From assembly GCA_035550695.1 (NCBI GenBank), contig DASZOS010000007.1, positions 19,433 through 83,432 of the forward strand: a stretch of 64,000 bases of DNA, given 5' to 3'. The position numbers and the translations under genes are program-made. Shown here piece by piece: positions 12,501 through 22,151 of this stretch (positions are counted from its first letter, which is position 1; each line of letters begins with the position of its first letter). Under the pieces are notes generated by a model. The model searched no databases. It had not been told where the DNA came from and saw only the letters and a program-made list of their open reading frames with translations. This DNA comes from Burkholderiales bacterium. GTDB taxonomy: Bacteria; Pseudomonadota; Gammaproteobacteria; Burkholderiales; SG8-39.

Positions 12501-12614
12501 CACTTTCGCAGGCTTCACGAACGACCGGGAGCCGCCACGGTCGAAGTGTTGGAGAGGTGTTGTTTTGTAAGCACATACTTACCACGAACCCCTCAGCGGA
12601 ACTAGCCTGCAGGA

Positions 12615-12644
12615 TTGGCACTCTAACAGCCAGAGTGCTAAAAT
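12615..12644 (+). promoter_or_regulatory. Candidate sigma-70 promoter of rpoH, overlapped by a 7-bp inverted repeat
   Basis: TTGGCA (12615-12620), 18-nt spacer, TAAAAT (12639-12644). GCACTCT (12618-12624) and AGAGTGC (12632-12638) lie inside the spacer. AAGGAGG Shine-Dalgarno at 12653-12659. Confidence 0.35.
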
Positions 12645-12673
12645 ACCTGCCTCAAGGAGGAATCCAATTGACC

Positions 12674-13543
12674 ATGCAAGCCACATTGCCCCTGCCCTAT
12701 CCGGCCGCCGCCATGCCGATGCCTACGGGGAGCCTCGAGGCTTACATCCAGACCGTCAATCGCTTCCCGATCCTGAGCGCCGAGGAAGAACGCGCGCTCG
12801 CGCAACGCTACCGCGACCACGGCGATCTCGAGGCCGCGCGCAGCCTCGTGCTCTCGCATCTGCGGCTCGTGGTGGCGCTCGCCCGCGGCTACCTCGGCTA
12901 TGGCTTGCCGCACGCCGACCTGATCCAGGAGGGCAATATCGGCCTCATGAAGGCGGTCAAGCGCTTCGATCCTGACCGCGGGGTACGGCTGGTTTCGTTC
13001 GCCATCCACTGGATCAAGGCCGAAATCCACGAATACATCCTGCGCAACTGGCGCCTGGTCAAGGTCGCCACGACCAAGGCGCAAAGGAAGCTGTTCTTCA
13101 ACCTGCGCTCGATGAAGAAGGGCCTCGCGCCCCTCTCGAGCGACGATGTCGAACGCGTCGCCGCGGAGCTGCGCGTGAAGCCCGAGGAAGTCGTGGAGAT
13201 GGAGACGCGCCTTTCCGGCCAGGACATCGCCTTCGAAGCCGATCAGGACGACGAGGAAGCGTACGCGCCGGTCAACTACCTCGCCGCCGACCGCGACGCC
13301 GAGCCGCTGCGCCTGCTGGAAGCCAGGGAATCCGAGGAGAACCGCGCCGCGGGGCTCGACCAGGCGCTGAAGAGCCTCGATCCGCGCAGCCGCCGCATCG
13401 TCGAGGCGCGCTGGCTGCGGGAGAAGGACACGGCGACGCTGCACGACCTCGCTGCCGAGTTCAAGGTATCGGCCGAGCGCATCCGCCAGATCGAGGCGAA
13501 AGCGCTCGAGAAGATGCGCAAGGCGCTGCCCGCGCCGGCGTAA
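12674..13543 (+). CDS. rpoH: RNA polymerase sigma-32 (heat-shock sigma factor)
   Basis: RpoH box QRKLFFNLR, plus [18 protein letters not shown]. 289 aa. Lies downstream of ftsX as in many proteobacteria. Confidence 0.95.
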   Translation: MQATLPLPYPAAAMPMPTGSLEAYIQTVNRFPILSAEEERALAQRYRDHGDLEAARSLVLSHLRLVVALARGYLGYGLPHADLIQEGNIGLMKAVKRFDPDRGVRLVSFAIHWIKAEIHEYILRNWRLVKVATTKAQRKLFFNLRSMKKGLAPLSSDDVERVAAELRVKPEEVVEMETRLSGQDIAFEADQDDEEAYAPVNYLAADRDAEPLRLLEARESEENRAAGLDQALKSLDPRSRRIVEARWLREKDTATLHDLAAEFKVSAERIRQIEAKALEKMRKALPAPA

Positions 13544-16500
13544 TCAGCCCTTCTGCAGCAGGCGGGTGATCTCGTCGAACGGTACCGGCTTGCTGAAAAG
13601 ATAGCCTTGCATCTCGTCGCACCTCAGCAGGCGCAGGAACTTCGCCTGCTCCTCGGTTTCGACCCCCTCGGCCACCACGCTCAGGCGCAGCGAATGCGCG
13701 AGCGAGATGATCGTCGAGATGAGCGACATCGCGTCCGGGTCGCCGTGCATGTTGACGATGAACGAGCGGTCGATCTTCAGCGCCTGCACCGGCAGCTTCG
13801 CGAGATAGCCGAGCGAGGAGTAGCCGGTGCCGAAGTCGTCGATCGCGATTCTGACGCCCAGCTCGCGCACCGCCTTCAGCTTGGCGATATTCGCTTCGAC
13901 GTCCTCCATCACCAGGCTCTCGGTGATCTCCAGGTCGATCGCGGTGGGCGCGACGCCCTCCATGATCGCCTGCTCGACGACCGCGACGAAATCGCGCTGG
14001 CGCAGCTGGATCGCCGAGACGTTCACCGCCACGCGCGACGGCTTTAGCTTCTGCTCGGCCCAGTTGCGATGGTCGAGCGCGGCGCGTTTCAGCGCCCAGG
14101 CGCCCACCTCCAGGATCAGCCCCGTCTCCTCGAGCAGCGAGATGAACTGCCCCGGCGGCACCAGGCCCCGCTCCGGGCTTTGCCAGCGGATCAGCGCCTC
14201 CAGCCCGACGATGGCTCGCTTCTCGAGGTCGACCTTCGGCTGATAGTGCAGGACGAATTGCTCGCGTTCCAGCCCCTGGCGCAGCTGGTTCTCGAGCGCG
14301 AGCTTCTCGGCGACGCGCTCGGTCATCTGCTGGGTGTAGAAAAGGTATCTTTCGCCGCTCGCCTTCGCCTTCTTCAGCGCCGCCTCGGCATTCTTCAACA
14401 ACCCCTCGGGGTCGGCGGCGTCGTCGGGAAACATCGCGATGCCCGCCTTCACCGATACGCGCAGCTCCGTATCGCCCAGGCGGTAGGGCGCGCCGAAGCA
14501 GCGGGTGGCTTGCGCCTCGAAGATGCGTCCGAATTCCTCGTCGCTGCGCACCTCCGGCACCACCACCGCGAATTGATCGGCACTGATGTGCCCAAAGCGC
14601 GTGCCGTCCGCGGAGTCCCCAGTGAGCCGTGCCGCGACCTGCTTGAGCAGCTCGTCGCCCGCGTGCCTTCCGAGGGAATCGTTGATGGTCTTGAAGCGCT
14701 CGATGTCGATGAGCACGAGGGCGAGGCGGTGTCCTTCGGCCTTCGCCGTGCTCAAGAACTGGGCCAAGCGCTCGTGGAACAGGGTGGGGTTGGCGAGCCC
14801 CGTGAGCGCATCGTAATAGGCGAGGTAATCGAGCTTCTCGCCTTTCTCGATGTGATCGAGCGCGAACGCGAGGTCGCCCGCCAGCTCGAGCAGCAGCGTC
14901 ATCTCGTCCCTATCGAAGAAACCGACCACCGGGGCGTACAGCATCAGCACTGCGGCTGCTTTACCCCCGACGACCAAAGGGAGCGCGGCGAGCGACCGGG
15001 CCCCGCGCTCCAGAGCCCCTTTGGCAGGAACCTGCGGATCGTGCTCCAGGTCGTTCGAGATTACCGGCACCCCTTCGTTGACCGCACGGCCTACGACGCC
15101 TATGCCCCCGGGCGCGGATTCCTGCAACGTCATGCGGATGCGGCCGAGAAGCTGCTCATCGGTCCCCTGCCAGACAACCGGTTGCACGCGCGCCGCGGCC
15201 TCGTCGACCACGCCGATCCAGGCGATCGGGAATTGTCCTTCCTCGACCGCGATCCGGCACGCCTCCTGAAATAGCTCCTGCCGACCGCGAATGCGCACGA
15301 TGGCCGCGTTGATGCTGCTGAGCACCGCGTTCACGCGCGTCAGCCGCCTGAGCTTTTCTTCCTTCTCGAGGTGCTCGAGCGCGAAAGCGATATCGCTTGC
15401 CAGCTCGCTCAAGAGGTTCATCTCCTCATGGTCGAAGAATCCGGGTTCGACCGCGTGCAGGCCGAGTACACCGATCGCTTGCCCGGATACGACGAGGGGC
15501 AGCATCGCGACCGATTGAAAGCCGCGCGATACGCTCTGCATGCGACGCAAGGCGAACGGATCCGTTGCCACTTCGTTGGACACGACCGGGGCGCGGTCGC
15601 GGATCGCGCGTCCCGCCATGCCAAAGCGCTCCGGATCGTCGTCCTTTGTAGAGAGCCGGATGACGCGCAAGAAACCCTGGTCGGCCCCGCTGGAGGCGAC
15701 CGGCACGATCTCCTCCTTTTGGTTGTCGACTATTCCGATCCATGCCAGCTGGAATTTTGCGTCCTCGACCGCGATCCGGCACGATTCCTTGAAAAGCTCA
15801 TCGCGTGAACGCGCGCGGACGATCAGCGAATTAATCCCGCTGAGCACCGCGTAAACGCGGTTCAGGCGCCTGATCTTGTCCTCTGCGCGCTTCTCCTGCG
15901 TGATGTCCTGCAGCGTGCTGAACCAGCGCATGCCGCTCGCGCCATGAAGATCGCTTTGCAGGGGCTCCATCACGTGGCGGAGATGAATCCATTCGCCGTT
16001 TCCGCGCCGCAGCCGGTATTCCGTGTCCCGGCGGGTGCCGCTCGCCGCCGCTTCGATGCTCGTTTGCCGGAACGCATCGCGTTCGTCTGGATGCAGGAAC
16101 TCCAGCCAGTCGCGCGTGCTGCGCACCACCTCGCCGGGATCTGCGCCGATGAGCTGCGGAAAGGTCTCCGACCAGCTTTCGACGCCCCCGCCCGGTCCGG
16201 TGACCACGTGCGCGACCTTGGCCATGAGCTCGGCGCGGCGCAGCGCCGCCTCGCTGTTGCGCATCGCTGTTTCGGCCTGCTTGCGCGCGAGGAACTGGCC
16301 GACCTGACTGCCGATCACCGCGGTCGCCTCAAGGAACCGCTCGTCGGGCTCGCGCGCCTGCGCGCTCGCAAAGCTGAGCACGCCGAGCGTTTTCCCTTCA
16401 AACGTCACCGGAAGAATATGGCACCCACCCTGAAGGCTCGGTCCGGATGACGACCGCCACGCGCCCAGGGCACGCGCATCCTTGCTCAGGTCGGCGACCC

Positions 16501-17548
16501 ACAGCGGCTGGCCAGCCTGCCATGCGATCCCGGATAAGCCTTGGCCGCGCCGATAGACGAGCTCTCGGGACCGCGCGATGAACTGCTCGGCCGCGGGGTC
16601 GTTCGTGCTCCAGGCTTCGGCGAATCGCAATACGCCAGCCGCCTCGTCGGCCGTGAAATACCGGCCGCAAGGCCATTCTTCCGCCTCGCAGATCGTGCGT
16701 ATCACCGCCTGGATCGCCGCCGAGGCGCTTTCCGCCCCGGCGAGGCAACGGGTTACGCCATGCTCGAGCGCGCGCAACTGCTCGGCGCGCTTGCGTCCGG
16801 TGATATCCGCGGCGACCCCGGCAATCCGGTAGACCTTGCCCGCGGCGTCGCGGATGGGAAAGCCGCGCCCGTGGATCCAGCGCACCTCGCCATCGGGGCG
16901 CACGATGCGGTATTCGTAATCGTATTCGCCGGTAGCCGTGCTTTCACGGAACAAGCCGGATACGCGCTCCAGGTCGTCGGCGTGAATGGTTTCCACCCAG
17001 GAGTGCCCGTCCGCGTACAGGCTTTCGCGACTGCGTCCCCAGATCCGTTCGTAGGCCTCGTTGATGTACAGAATCTCGAGGGTTTCGAGATCTCTCAGAT
17101 AGAAAACGTCGCGGATGTTCTCCGCCATCTGGCGGAAGCGTGCTTCGATCTCGAGCTGCGGCTCGGCTTGCGGACGAAGGAACCGCTCAAGCTGCGATAC
17201 GAACGTTTCCGGAACGAGGGGCTTGTCTATGTAACCGTCGAAGCCTGCAGCAAGCGCCCGGTCGCGCCCGCCCGCCATGGGAGAAGCGCTAACCGCTATT
17301 ACCGGAATAGACCATGTCGCCGCGTCGGACTTCAGGCGCCGCAAGACCTCGAAGCCGTCCATGCGCGGCAACTGGATGTCGCAGACCACGACGTCGGGCC
17401 GCGCGCCTTGCGCGAGCGCGAGCCCTTTCTCACCGTCTTGCGCGTACAGCAGCTCGCATCGACAGCCACGCAGCAGGTCGGTCATTACCTGCAGGTTTGC
17501 AGGGTTGCCTTCGATAATGAGGACGCATGCGCGCATTGTTCGGGGCAA
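13544..17548 (-). CDS. Multidomain c-di-GMP signalling protein: REC-PAS-GAF-PAS-GAF-GAF-GGDEF(degenerate)-EAL
   Basis: REC domain: DVVVCDIQLPRMDG ... YIDKP. PAS blocks: DVFYLRD..., EYRLRRGNGEWIH. Three GAF-like segments. The GGDEF site reads ISADQF, which is degenerate. The EAL domain is intact (EALIRW, DDFGTGYSSL, KIDRSF, EGVETEEQ, QGYLFSKP). The start may instead be the second Met at 17536. Confidence 0.9.
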   Translation of the reverse strand: MPRTMRACVLIIEGNPANLQVMTDLLRGCRCELLYAQDGEKGLALAQGARPDVVVCDIQLPRMDGFEVLRRLKSDAATWSIPVIAVSASPMAGGRDRALAAGFDGYIDKPLVPETFVSQLERFLRPQAEPQLEIEARFRQMAENIRDVFYLRDLETLEILYINEAYERIWGRSRESLYADGHSWVETIHADDLERVSGLFRESTATGEYDYEYRIVRPDGEVRWIHGRGFPIRDAAGKVYRIAGVAADITGRKRAEQLRALEHGVTRCLAGAESASAAIQAVIRTICEAEEWPCGRYFTADEAAGVLRFAEAWSTNDPAAEQFIARSRELVYRRGQGLSGIAWQAGQPLWVADLSKDARALGAWRSSSGPSLQGGCHILPVTFEGKTLGVLSFASAQAREPDERFLEATAVIGSQVGQFLARKQAETAMRNSEAALRRAELMAKVAHVVTGPGGGVESWSETFPQLIGADPGEVVRSTRDWLEFLHPDERDAFRQTSIEAAASGTRRDTEYRLRRGNGEWIHLRHVMEPLQSDLHGASGMRWFSTLQDITQEKRAEDKIRRLNRVYAVLSGINSLIVRARSRDELFKESCRIAVEDAKFQLAWIGIVDNQKEEIVPVASSGADQGFLRVIRLSTKDDDPERFGMAGRAIRDRAPVVSNEVATDPFALRRMQSVSRGFQSVAMLPLVVSGQAIGVLGLHAVEPGFFDHEEMNLLSELASDIAFALEHLEKEEKLRRLTRVNAVLSSINAAIVRIRGRQELFQEACRIAVEEGQFPIAWIGVVDEAAARVQPVVWQGTDEQLLGRIRMTLQESAPGGIGVVGRAVNEGVPVISNDLEHDPQVPAKGALERGARSLAALPLVVGGKAAAVLMLYAPVVGFFDRDEMTLLLELAGDLAFALDHIEKGEKLDYLAYYDALTGLANPTLFHERLAQFLSTAKAEGHRLALVLIDIERFKTINDSLGRHAGDELLKQVAARLTGDSADGTRFGHISADQFAVVVPEVRSDEEFGRIFEAQATRCFGAPYRLGDTELRVSVKAGIAMFPDDAADPEGLLKNAEAALKKAKASGERYLFYTQQMTERVAEKLALENQLRQGLEREQFVLHYQPKVDLEKRAIVGLEALIRWQSPERGLVPPGQFISLLEETGLILEVGAWALKRAALDHRNWAEQKLKPSRVAVNVSAIQLRQRDFVAVVEQAIMEGVAPTAIDLEITESLVMEDVEANIAKLKAVRELGVRIAIDDFGTGYSSLGYLAKLPVQALKIDRSFIVNMHGDPDAMSLISTIISLAHSLRLSVVAEGVETEEQAKFLRLLRCDEMQGYLFSKPVPFDEITRLLQKG

Positions 17549-17590
17549 GTCAGAGCGCTGTAACCCTGCTCTGCTGCCCGCGCAAGCAGC

Positions 17591-18199
17591 CTACGGCGCG
17601 CGTGCCCGCTCGCTCAACAGGGTCTTTAGGTCGTCGGGAAGGTCGGAGGCGATCCTGTCGTGCCGGATGAACAGGCGCAGCCGCCCCTGCGGGTCGATCA
17701 CGTAGGTCTGCGCGCTGTGGTCGACGGTGTAGCTGTCGCCCTGCTTTCTCTTCTCGTAGTAGATCTTGAATTCTTTCGCGGTCCGCTGCGTGGCCGCGGC
17801 ATCCCCGTATAGGCCCAGGAAGCTCGGGTCGAAGGCGGTCGCGTACTGCTTGAGCAGCGCCGGCGTATCGCGCTCGGGGTCTACCGTGATGAGAAGCACC
17901 TGCACGCGCTTGGCGTCATCGGCGCCGAGCTTCTTCAGCGCCTCGGCCGCGCCCGCGAGCGTCGTCGGACAGACATCCGGGCACTGCGTGAAGCCGAAGA
18001 AGACCACGACCGCCTTGCCGCGGAAATCCTCCAGCCGGCGCGCGCGGCCGTCGTGGTCCGTAAGCTCGAACGACCTGCCGTAATCGACCCCGCTGATGTC
18101 GGTGCTCTTGAACTTCGGGCCGCTGTCGCAGGCCGCAGCCGCGAGGCTAAAGATAATGATCGACCAGAAGCGAGCCAAAGAGAGTGGCCAGGTAGACAA
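17591..18199 (-). CDS. SCO1/SenC copper chaperone for cytochrome c oxidase
   Basis: Thioredoxin fold with [11 protein letters not shown] (CxxxC) and a conserved downstream His (VDHS). Lipoprotein-like N-terminus FSLAAAAC. The 5' end overlaps the ctaB 3' end, so the start is uncertain. Confidence 0.85.
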   Translation of the reverse strand: MSTWPLSLARFWSIIIFSLAAAACDSGPKFKSTDISGVDYGRSFELTDHDGRARRLEDFRGKAVVVFFGFTQCPDVCPTTLAGAAEALKKLGADDAKRVQVLLITVDPERDTPALLKQYATAFDPSFLGLYGDAAATQRTAKEFKIYYEKRKQGDSYTVDHSAQTYVIDPQGRLRLFIRHDRIASDLPDDLKTLLSERARAP

Positions 18200-19034
18200 T
18201 CGAATAGCGGAACGTCTTGCGCGCGAGCGCGTCGGTATATGCCCGGTAGATGCCCCAGGCGTGCGCGAGGAAGATGCCGCCGAGCACGAGCGCCGCGGCG
18301 AGGTACAGCACGCCGCTCATGCGGATCGCGTACGGCAGCAGGCTCACCGCCGCGAGGACAATCGTGTAGAGCAGCACCTGCAGCTGCGTGTAGGGCTTGC
18401 CGTGCGTCACCGGCAGCATCGGCACGCCGGCCTTGGCGTACTCCTCGGTGCGGTACAGGGCGAGCGACCAGAAATGCGGCGGCGTCCAGACGAAGATGAT
18501 GAGAAAGAGCACCATCGCCTCGGTGCTCACCTCGCCGGTGACTGCGGCCCAGCCGAGCACCGGCGGCATCGCGCCCGAGGCACCGCCGATGACGATGTTC
18601 TGCGGCGTCGCCGGCTTGAGCAGCACCGTGTAGACGATGGCGTAGCCGATGAAGGTGGCCACCGTGAGCCACATCGTGAGCGCGTTGACGAAGGTGTACA
18701 GCGTCCAGAGCCCCAGCCCGCCGAGCGCCCCGGCGAAAACGAGGGTCTGCTGCGCGGTCAGCTCCCCGCGTGGCAGCGGCCGCCACAGCGTGCGCCGCAT
18801 CAGCGCGTCGATCTTGTGCTCCACCAGGCAGTTGATCGCGGCGGCGGCGCCGGCGACGAAAAAGATCCCCAGCGTGCCGGCGGCGAGCGTGCGCGCGGGG
18901 ACCATGCCGGGCGTGGCGAGGAACATGCCGATCACGGCGGTGAAGACGATGAGCGAGACCACGCGGGGCTTGGTCAGCGCGAAAAACGCGCGTGCCTGCT
19001 GCGCGAAGCTGCTCGAAAGAACCTGAGTATTCAC
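18147..19034 (-). CDS. ctaB: Protoheme IX farnesyltransferase (heme O synthase)
   Basis: [46 protein letters not shown] start at 19034 gives 295 aa. Confidence 0.9.
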   Translation of the reverse strand: MNTQVLSSSFAQQARAFFALTKPRVVSLIVFTAVIGMFLATPGMVPARTLAAGTLGIFFVAGAAAAINCLVEHKIDALMRRTLWRPLPRGELTAQQTLVFAGALGGLGLWTLYTFVNALTMWLTVATFIGYAIVYTVLLKPATPQNIVIGGASGAMPPVLGWAAVTGEVSTEAMVLFLIIFVWTPPHFWSLALYRTEEYAKAGVPMLPVTHGKPYTQLQVLLYTIVLAAVSLLPYAIRMSGVLYLAAALVLGGIFLAHAWGIYRAYTDALARKTFRYSIVYLATLFGSLLVDHYL

Positions 19035-19081
19035 CGGGACGAACGCACGCGGCGGAAAGCGCGGGAGTTTAGCACCGGACC

Positions 19082-19600
19082 CTATCCTATGCGCGAATAC
19101 TTCAGGAGGCGCTGCAGGTCCCTGAGCATCCTGGAGGGATCGGGGTCGCGCGGAAAGCGCAGCATCAGGTTGCCCAGCGGGTCGACGAGGTAGACGTGAT
19201 CGCGGCGGTTGCCCGGAAAAGCCTCGTTCGCTTGAATGGTTCCGGCGACGCGGGTGCCCGCGATCGCGACCAGGAGCTCCGGACGCGGCGTCCCCGAATC
19301 GGTAATGATCCACAGGCGCTCGATGCGCGCCTCGTCCTTGCCCTGCGCCTTGCGCAGCTGGCGCATGAAATACAGCTTCTTCTCGCAAGCGGCGTCGCAG
19401 GCCGCCGCGTCGAAGCTCACCAGCACCCACTTGCCGCGCAGCTCGGCGAAAGGCGGCCCCGACAGCACGCGCGGCGCGATGAGCTCTCCGTAGTTTCCGC
19501 GACTGCCGGTTCCCCAGCCGAAATACCAGGCGGCCCAGCCGAGCACGAAAGGCGCGGCGCACGCGACGAAGATGCCGGCGAGCTTAAGCCGGTTCGACAC
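19082..19600 (-). CDS. Membrane-anchored thioredoxin-fold (Sco-like) protein of the cox cluster
   Basis: One N-terminal TM segment ([21 protein letters not shown]), then [19 protein letters not shown] (CxxxC). GTG start at 19600 is chosen just before the TM segment. This is a conserved position between SURF1 and the heme A genes. Confidence 0.55.
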   Translation of the reverse strand: MSNRLKLAGIFVACAAPFVLGWAAWYFGWGTGSRGNYGELIAPRVLSGPPFAELRGKWVLVSFDAAACDAACEKKLYFMRQLRKAQGKDEARIERLWIITDSGTPRPELLVAIAGTRVAGTIQANEAFPGNRRDHVYLVDPLGNLMLRFPRDPDPSRMLRDLQRLLKYSRIG

Positions 19601-20288
19601 GGCGGAAGGACAGCACGATGAATAGAGCGAGCGCGAGGCCCGCAAGCGAGTACCACTGCAGCGAATAGGCCTGGTGCTTCTCGATCCCGGCGTCCGGGCG
19701 CGGCCAGTCGCGCGCAAGGCCGTCGGCCGCGGGCGAATGCTGCTCGATGACGATCGGCTGCAGGGAGAGCCCGGTCTCCTGCGCGAACGACTCGATCTCG
19801 AGGTTCTGCCTCAGCTTCGTGCCGGTCGCCGGGCCCGCCTCGAGCACGCGCGGCAGACGCTCGAGCGCGAGGCCTTCGACGCGCACCGGACCTCTCGGCG
19901 TCGGCACCTCGGGTAGCTCAGCACGCGTGCGGCCCGCCGGCACCCAGCCGCGGTTCACCAGCACGTGCACGCCATTCAGCCGAAGCGGCGTCACCACCTC
20001 GTAGCCGGGACGGCCGCGCCGCAGCTTGTTGTCGAGATAGACGGTGTGCTCGGGCAGGAATCGTCCGCTCGCAACGACATGCTTCAAGGCCAATTCTCCC
20101 GGCTCGACCGTGCGCGAGGCGAGCTCGATCGGAGCGGAACGCATTTCCTCGTCGAGACGCGCGCCGAGCGTGCGCTTTTCTCCCGCGCGCTGCGCCTGCC
20201 AGATGCCGAGCGCGATGGCGGCGGCGCAGGCCGTCGCGGCGAGCGCTGCGGCCCAGAGCCGGGGACGGAAAGAGTATCCTGAAAGCAT
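19584..20288 (-). CDS. SURF1 family cytochrome oxidase assembly protein
   Basis: N- and C-terminal TM segments, plus YEVVTPL ... VLVNRGWVP and HQAYSLQWYSLAG motifs. Confidence 0.85.
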   Translation of the reverse strand: MLSGYSFRPRLWAAALAATACAAAIALGIWQAQRAGEKRTLGARLDEEMRSAPIELASRTVEPGELALKHVVASGRFLPEHTVYLDNKLRRGRPGYEVVTPLRLNGVHVLVNRGWVPAGRTRAELPEVPTPRGPVRVEGLALERLPRVLEAGPATGTKLRQNLEIESFAQETGLSLQPIVIEQHSPAADGLARDWPRPDAGIEKHQAYSLQWYSLAGLALALFIVLSFRRVEPA

Positions 20289-20481
20289 GCGCTACGTCGT
20301 CATCGCCATGCTCGCCGCCATCGTCGCGAGCCTCGCTTCCGCGGCGGTGTTCATGTTCCGCGACCGCGGCGACTCCAAGCGCATGGTGAAGGCGCTTGCC
20401 GTGCGCGTCGGGCTTTCTGTGAGCCTGTTCCTTATGCTGATGGCCGGCTACTACTTCGGCGTGATCCCCGGCCGGCTATAG
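20287..20481 (+). CDS. Small two-TM protein (DUF2909-like) of cox clusters
   Basis: 64 aa: MRYVVIAMLAAIVASLASAAVFMFRDRGDSKRMVKALAVRVGLSVSLFLMLMAG. Conserved opposite-strand position between coxC and SURF1. Confidence 0.6.
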   Translation: MRYVVIAMLAAIVASLASAAVFMFRDRGDSKRMVKALAVRVGLSVSLFLMLMAGYYFGVIPGRL

Positions 20482-21351
20482 CCAGTACACGAAGATAAAG
20501 AGGCCCAGCCACACCACGTCGACGAAGTGCCAGTACCACGCGACGCCCTCGAAGGCGAAATGGTGGTCGGGGTTGAAATGCCCCTTCAGGCAGCGGAACC
20601 AGATCACGGTCAGCATGATCGCCCCGAGCGTGACGTGAAAGCCGTGAAAGCCGGTCAGCATGAAGAAGGTCGAGCCGTAGACCCCGGTGGTGAGCTTCAG
20701 GTTGAGCTCCTGGTAGGCGTGGATGTACTCGTACGCCTGGAAGCCGATGAAGGTGACGCCCAGGACGATCGTCGCCGCGAGCCACGCGAGCAGCTTGCCG
20801 CGCTGGTTGGCGATCAGGTTCCAGTGCGCGAAAGTCACGGTCACCCCGGAGCTCAGCAGCAGCATCGTGTTCAGCGCCGGGATGCCCCAGGCGGCCATCG
20901 GGCTGAACTGCTCGCCGAACGCGGGACCCGCCGAGGGCCAATGCGCGCTGAAGCCCGGCCAGACCAGCGCCTGGCTCTCGAGCGTCGCGAGGTCCGGCAC
21001 CGAGTAGACGCGCGTCCAGAACAGCGCGCCGAAGAACGCGCCGAAGAACATCACCTCGGAGAAGATGAAGAAGCTCATCCCCCAGCGGAACGACACGTCC
21101 TCCCAGCGTCCGTACCTGCCGCCCTCGGACTCGCGGATCACGTCGCCGAACCAGCGCACCATCATGTACATCAGCAGCACCAGGCCGGCCGCGATCGATA
21201 GCCAGCCGGCGCGCATGTCGTTGAACACGAACACGGCGCCGAGCGCCATGAGGAACAGCGAGCTCGAGCCCATGATGGGCCAGGGCATCGGCTGCGGCAC
21301 CGCGTAGTGCTGCTGCCGGACCTGCCCCTGGGTGGTTGCGCCGTGCGCCAT
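20476..21351 (-). CDS. coxC: Cytochrome c oxidase subunit III
   Basis: HHYAVPQPMPWPI, seven TM segments, GFHGFHVTLG and WYWHFVDVVWL. Confidence 0.95.
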   Translation of the reverse strand: MAHGATTQGQVRQQHYAVPQPMPWPIMGSSSLFLMALGAVFVFNDMRAGWLSIAAGLVLLMYMMVRWFGDVIRESEGGRYGRWEDVSFRWGMSFFIFSEVMFFGAFFGALFWTRVYSVPDLATLESQALVWPGFSAHWPSAGPAFGEQFSPMAAWGIPALNTMLLLSSGVTVTFAHWNLIANQRGKLLAWLAATIVLGVTFIGFQAYEYIHAYQELNLKLTTGVYGSTFFMLTGFHGFHVTLGAIMLTVIWFRCLKGHFNPDHHFAFEGVAWYWHFVDVVWLGLFIFVYWL

Positions 21352-21364
21352 TTCTTGATCTCCC

Positions 21365-21529
21365 TTAGCTCGTCACCAAGTGCACGATCGTGCTCAGGGT
21401 GAGTATGAACAGCACCACGAAGAGGATCGCCGCGACGATGATGTGCGCGGGCCGGATCTGCACGCGCTCGTGGTCGGACTTGCGGCGGATGCCGATCGCG
21501 CCGTAGAGCACTGTCTTGATCAGCTCCAT
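21365..21529 (-). CDS. Small membrane protein (DUF2970-like)
   Basis: 54 aa: MELIKTVLYGAIGIRRKSDHERVQIRPAHIIVAAILFVVLFILTL. TGATG junction with ctaG. Confidence 0.55.
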   Translation of the reverse strand: MELIKTVLYGAIGIRRKSDHERVQIRPAHIIVAAILFVVLFILTLSTIVHLVTS

Positions 21530-22059
21530 CAAGACTTTCCTCCGCGGCCCGCGACCTCGAAAAACGTGTACGAGAGCGCGATGCTGGTGATGCTCTTCGG
21601 CAGCTTCGGATCGACGACGAAGGTCACCGGCAGCCGCCGGGCCTCGCCGGCGGCGAGCGTCTGCTGCGTGAAGCAGAAGCACTCGATCTTCTTGAAATAC
21701 TCGGCGGCCTGCAACGGGCCGTAGCTCGGCACCGCCTGCGCCGTCACCGGCGCGCTGCGCACGTTGACGATCTCGTACTCGACGGTGGTCAGCTCGCCCG
21801 GGTGCACGGCCACGTGGCTTACCAGCGGCTTGAAGCGCCACGGCAGGTTGTGCGCGTTCGAGTCGAGCTCTATCACCACCGTGCGGGAGCGGTCCACCTG
21901 CGTGTTGACGAGCGTCTCGGGGCGCTCGAGGTTGTTGACGCCCAGTGCCGCGCAGATCTGGTTGTAGAACGGCACCAGCGCGAAGCCGAAGCCGAACATC
22001 GCCACCGCGACGACCGCCAGCCGCGCCGAAAGCCTGCGGTTTTGCCGTTTGAGGCTCAC
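21529..22059 (-). CDS. ctaG: Cytochrome c oxidase assembly protein CtaG/Cox11
   Basis: FGFALVPFYNQIC, and YFKKIECFCFTQQTL (CFCF copper site). Confidence 0.9.
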   Translation of the reverse strand: MSLKRQNRRLSARLAVVAVAMFGFGFALVPFYNQICAALGVNNLERPETLVNTQVDRSRTVVIELDSNAHNLPWRFKPLVSHVAVHPGELTTVEYEIVNVRSAPVTAQAVPSYGPLQAAEYFKKIECFCFTQQTLAAGEARRLPVTFVVDPKLPKSITSIALSYTFFEVAGRGGKS

Positions 22060-22151
22060 CCGTTCAGCAGCCAGTACTTGGCGATGATGCCGATGAAGAA
22101 CGCGGCCGCGATCGACGCCAGCACGAGAGCGGTCTTGGCATTCTTGCTCAT
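22056..22151 (-). CDS. Cytochrome oxidase small assembly protein (31-aa single TM)
   Basis: [35 protein letters not shown] overlaps on both sides (ctaD stop, ctaG start). Confidence 0.5.
   Translation of the reverse strand: MSKNAKTALVLASIAAAFFIGIIAKYWLLNG

Noticed and set aside
12501-12560. Hairpin CGACCG-N10-CGGTCG after ftsX, considered as a terminator
   Set aside because: The stem is short, the loop is large, and the T-rich run is displaced by about 20 nt. The evidence is insufficient.
17549-17590. Imperfect hairpin GGGCAAGTCAGAGC...GCTCTGCTGCCC between SCO1 and the REC-EAL gene, considered as a terminator
   Set aside because: There is no U-tract on the minus-strand transcript, and it contains an internal loop. 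It is not convincing as an intrinsic terminator and is mentioned only as context.
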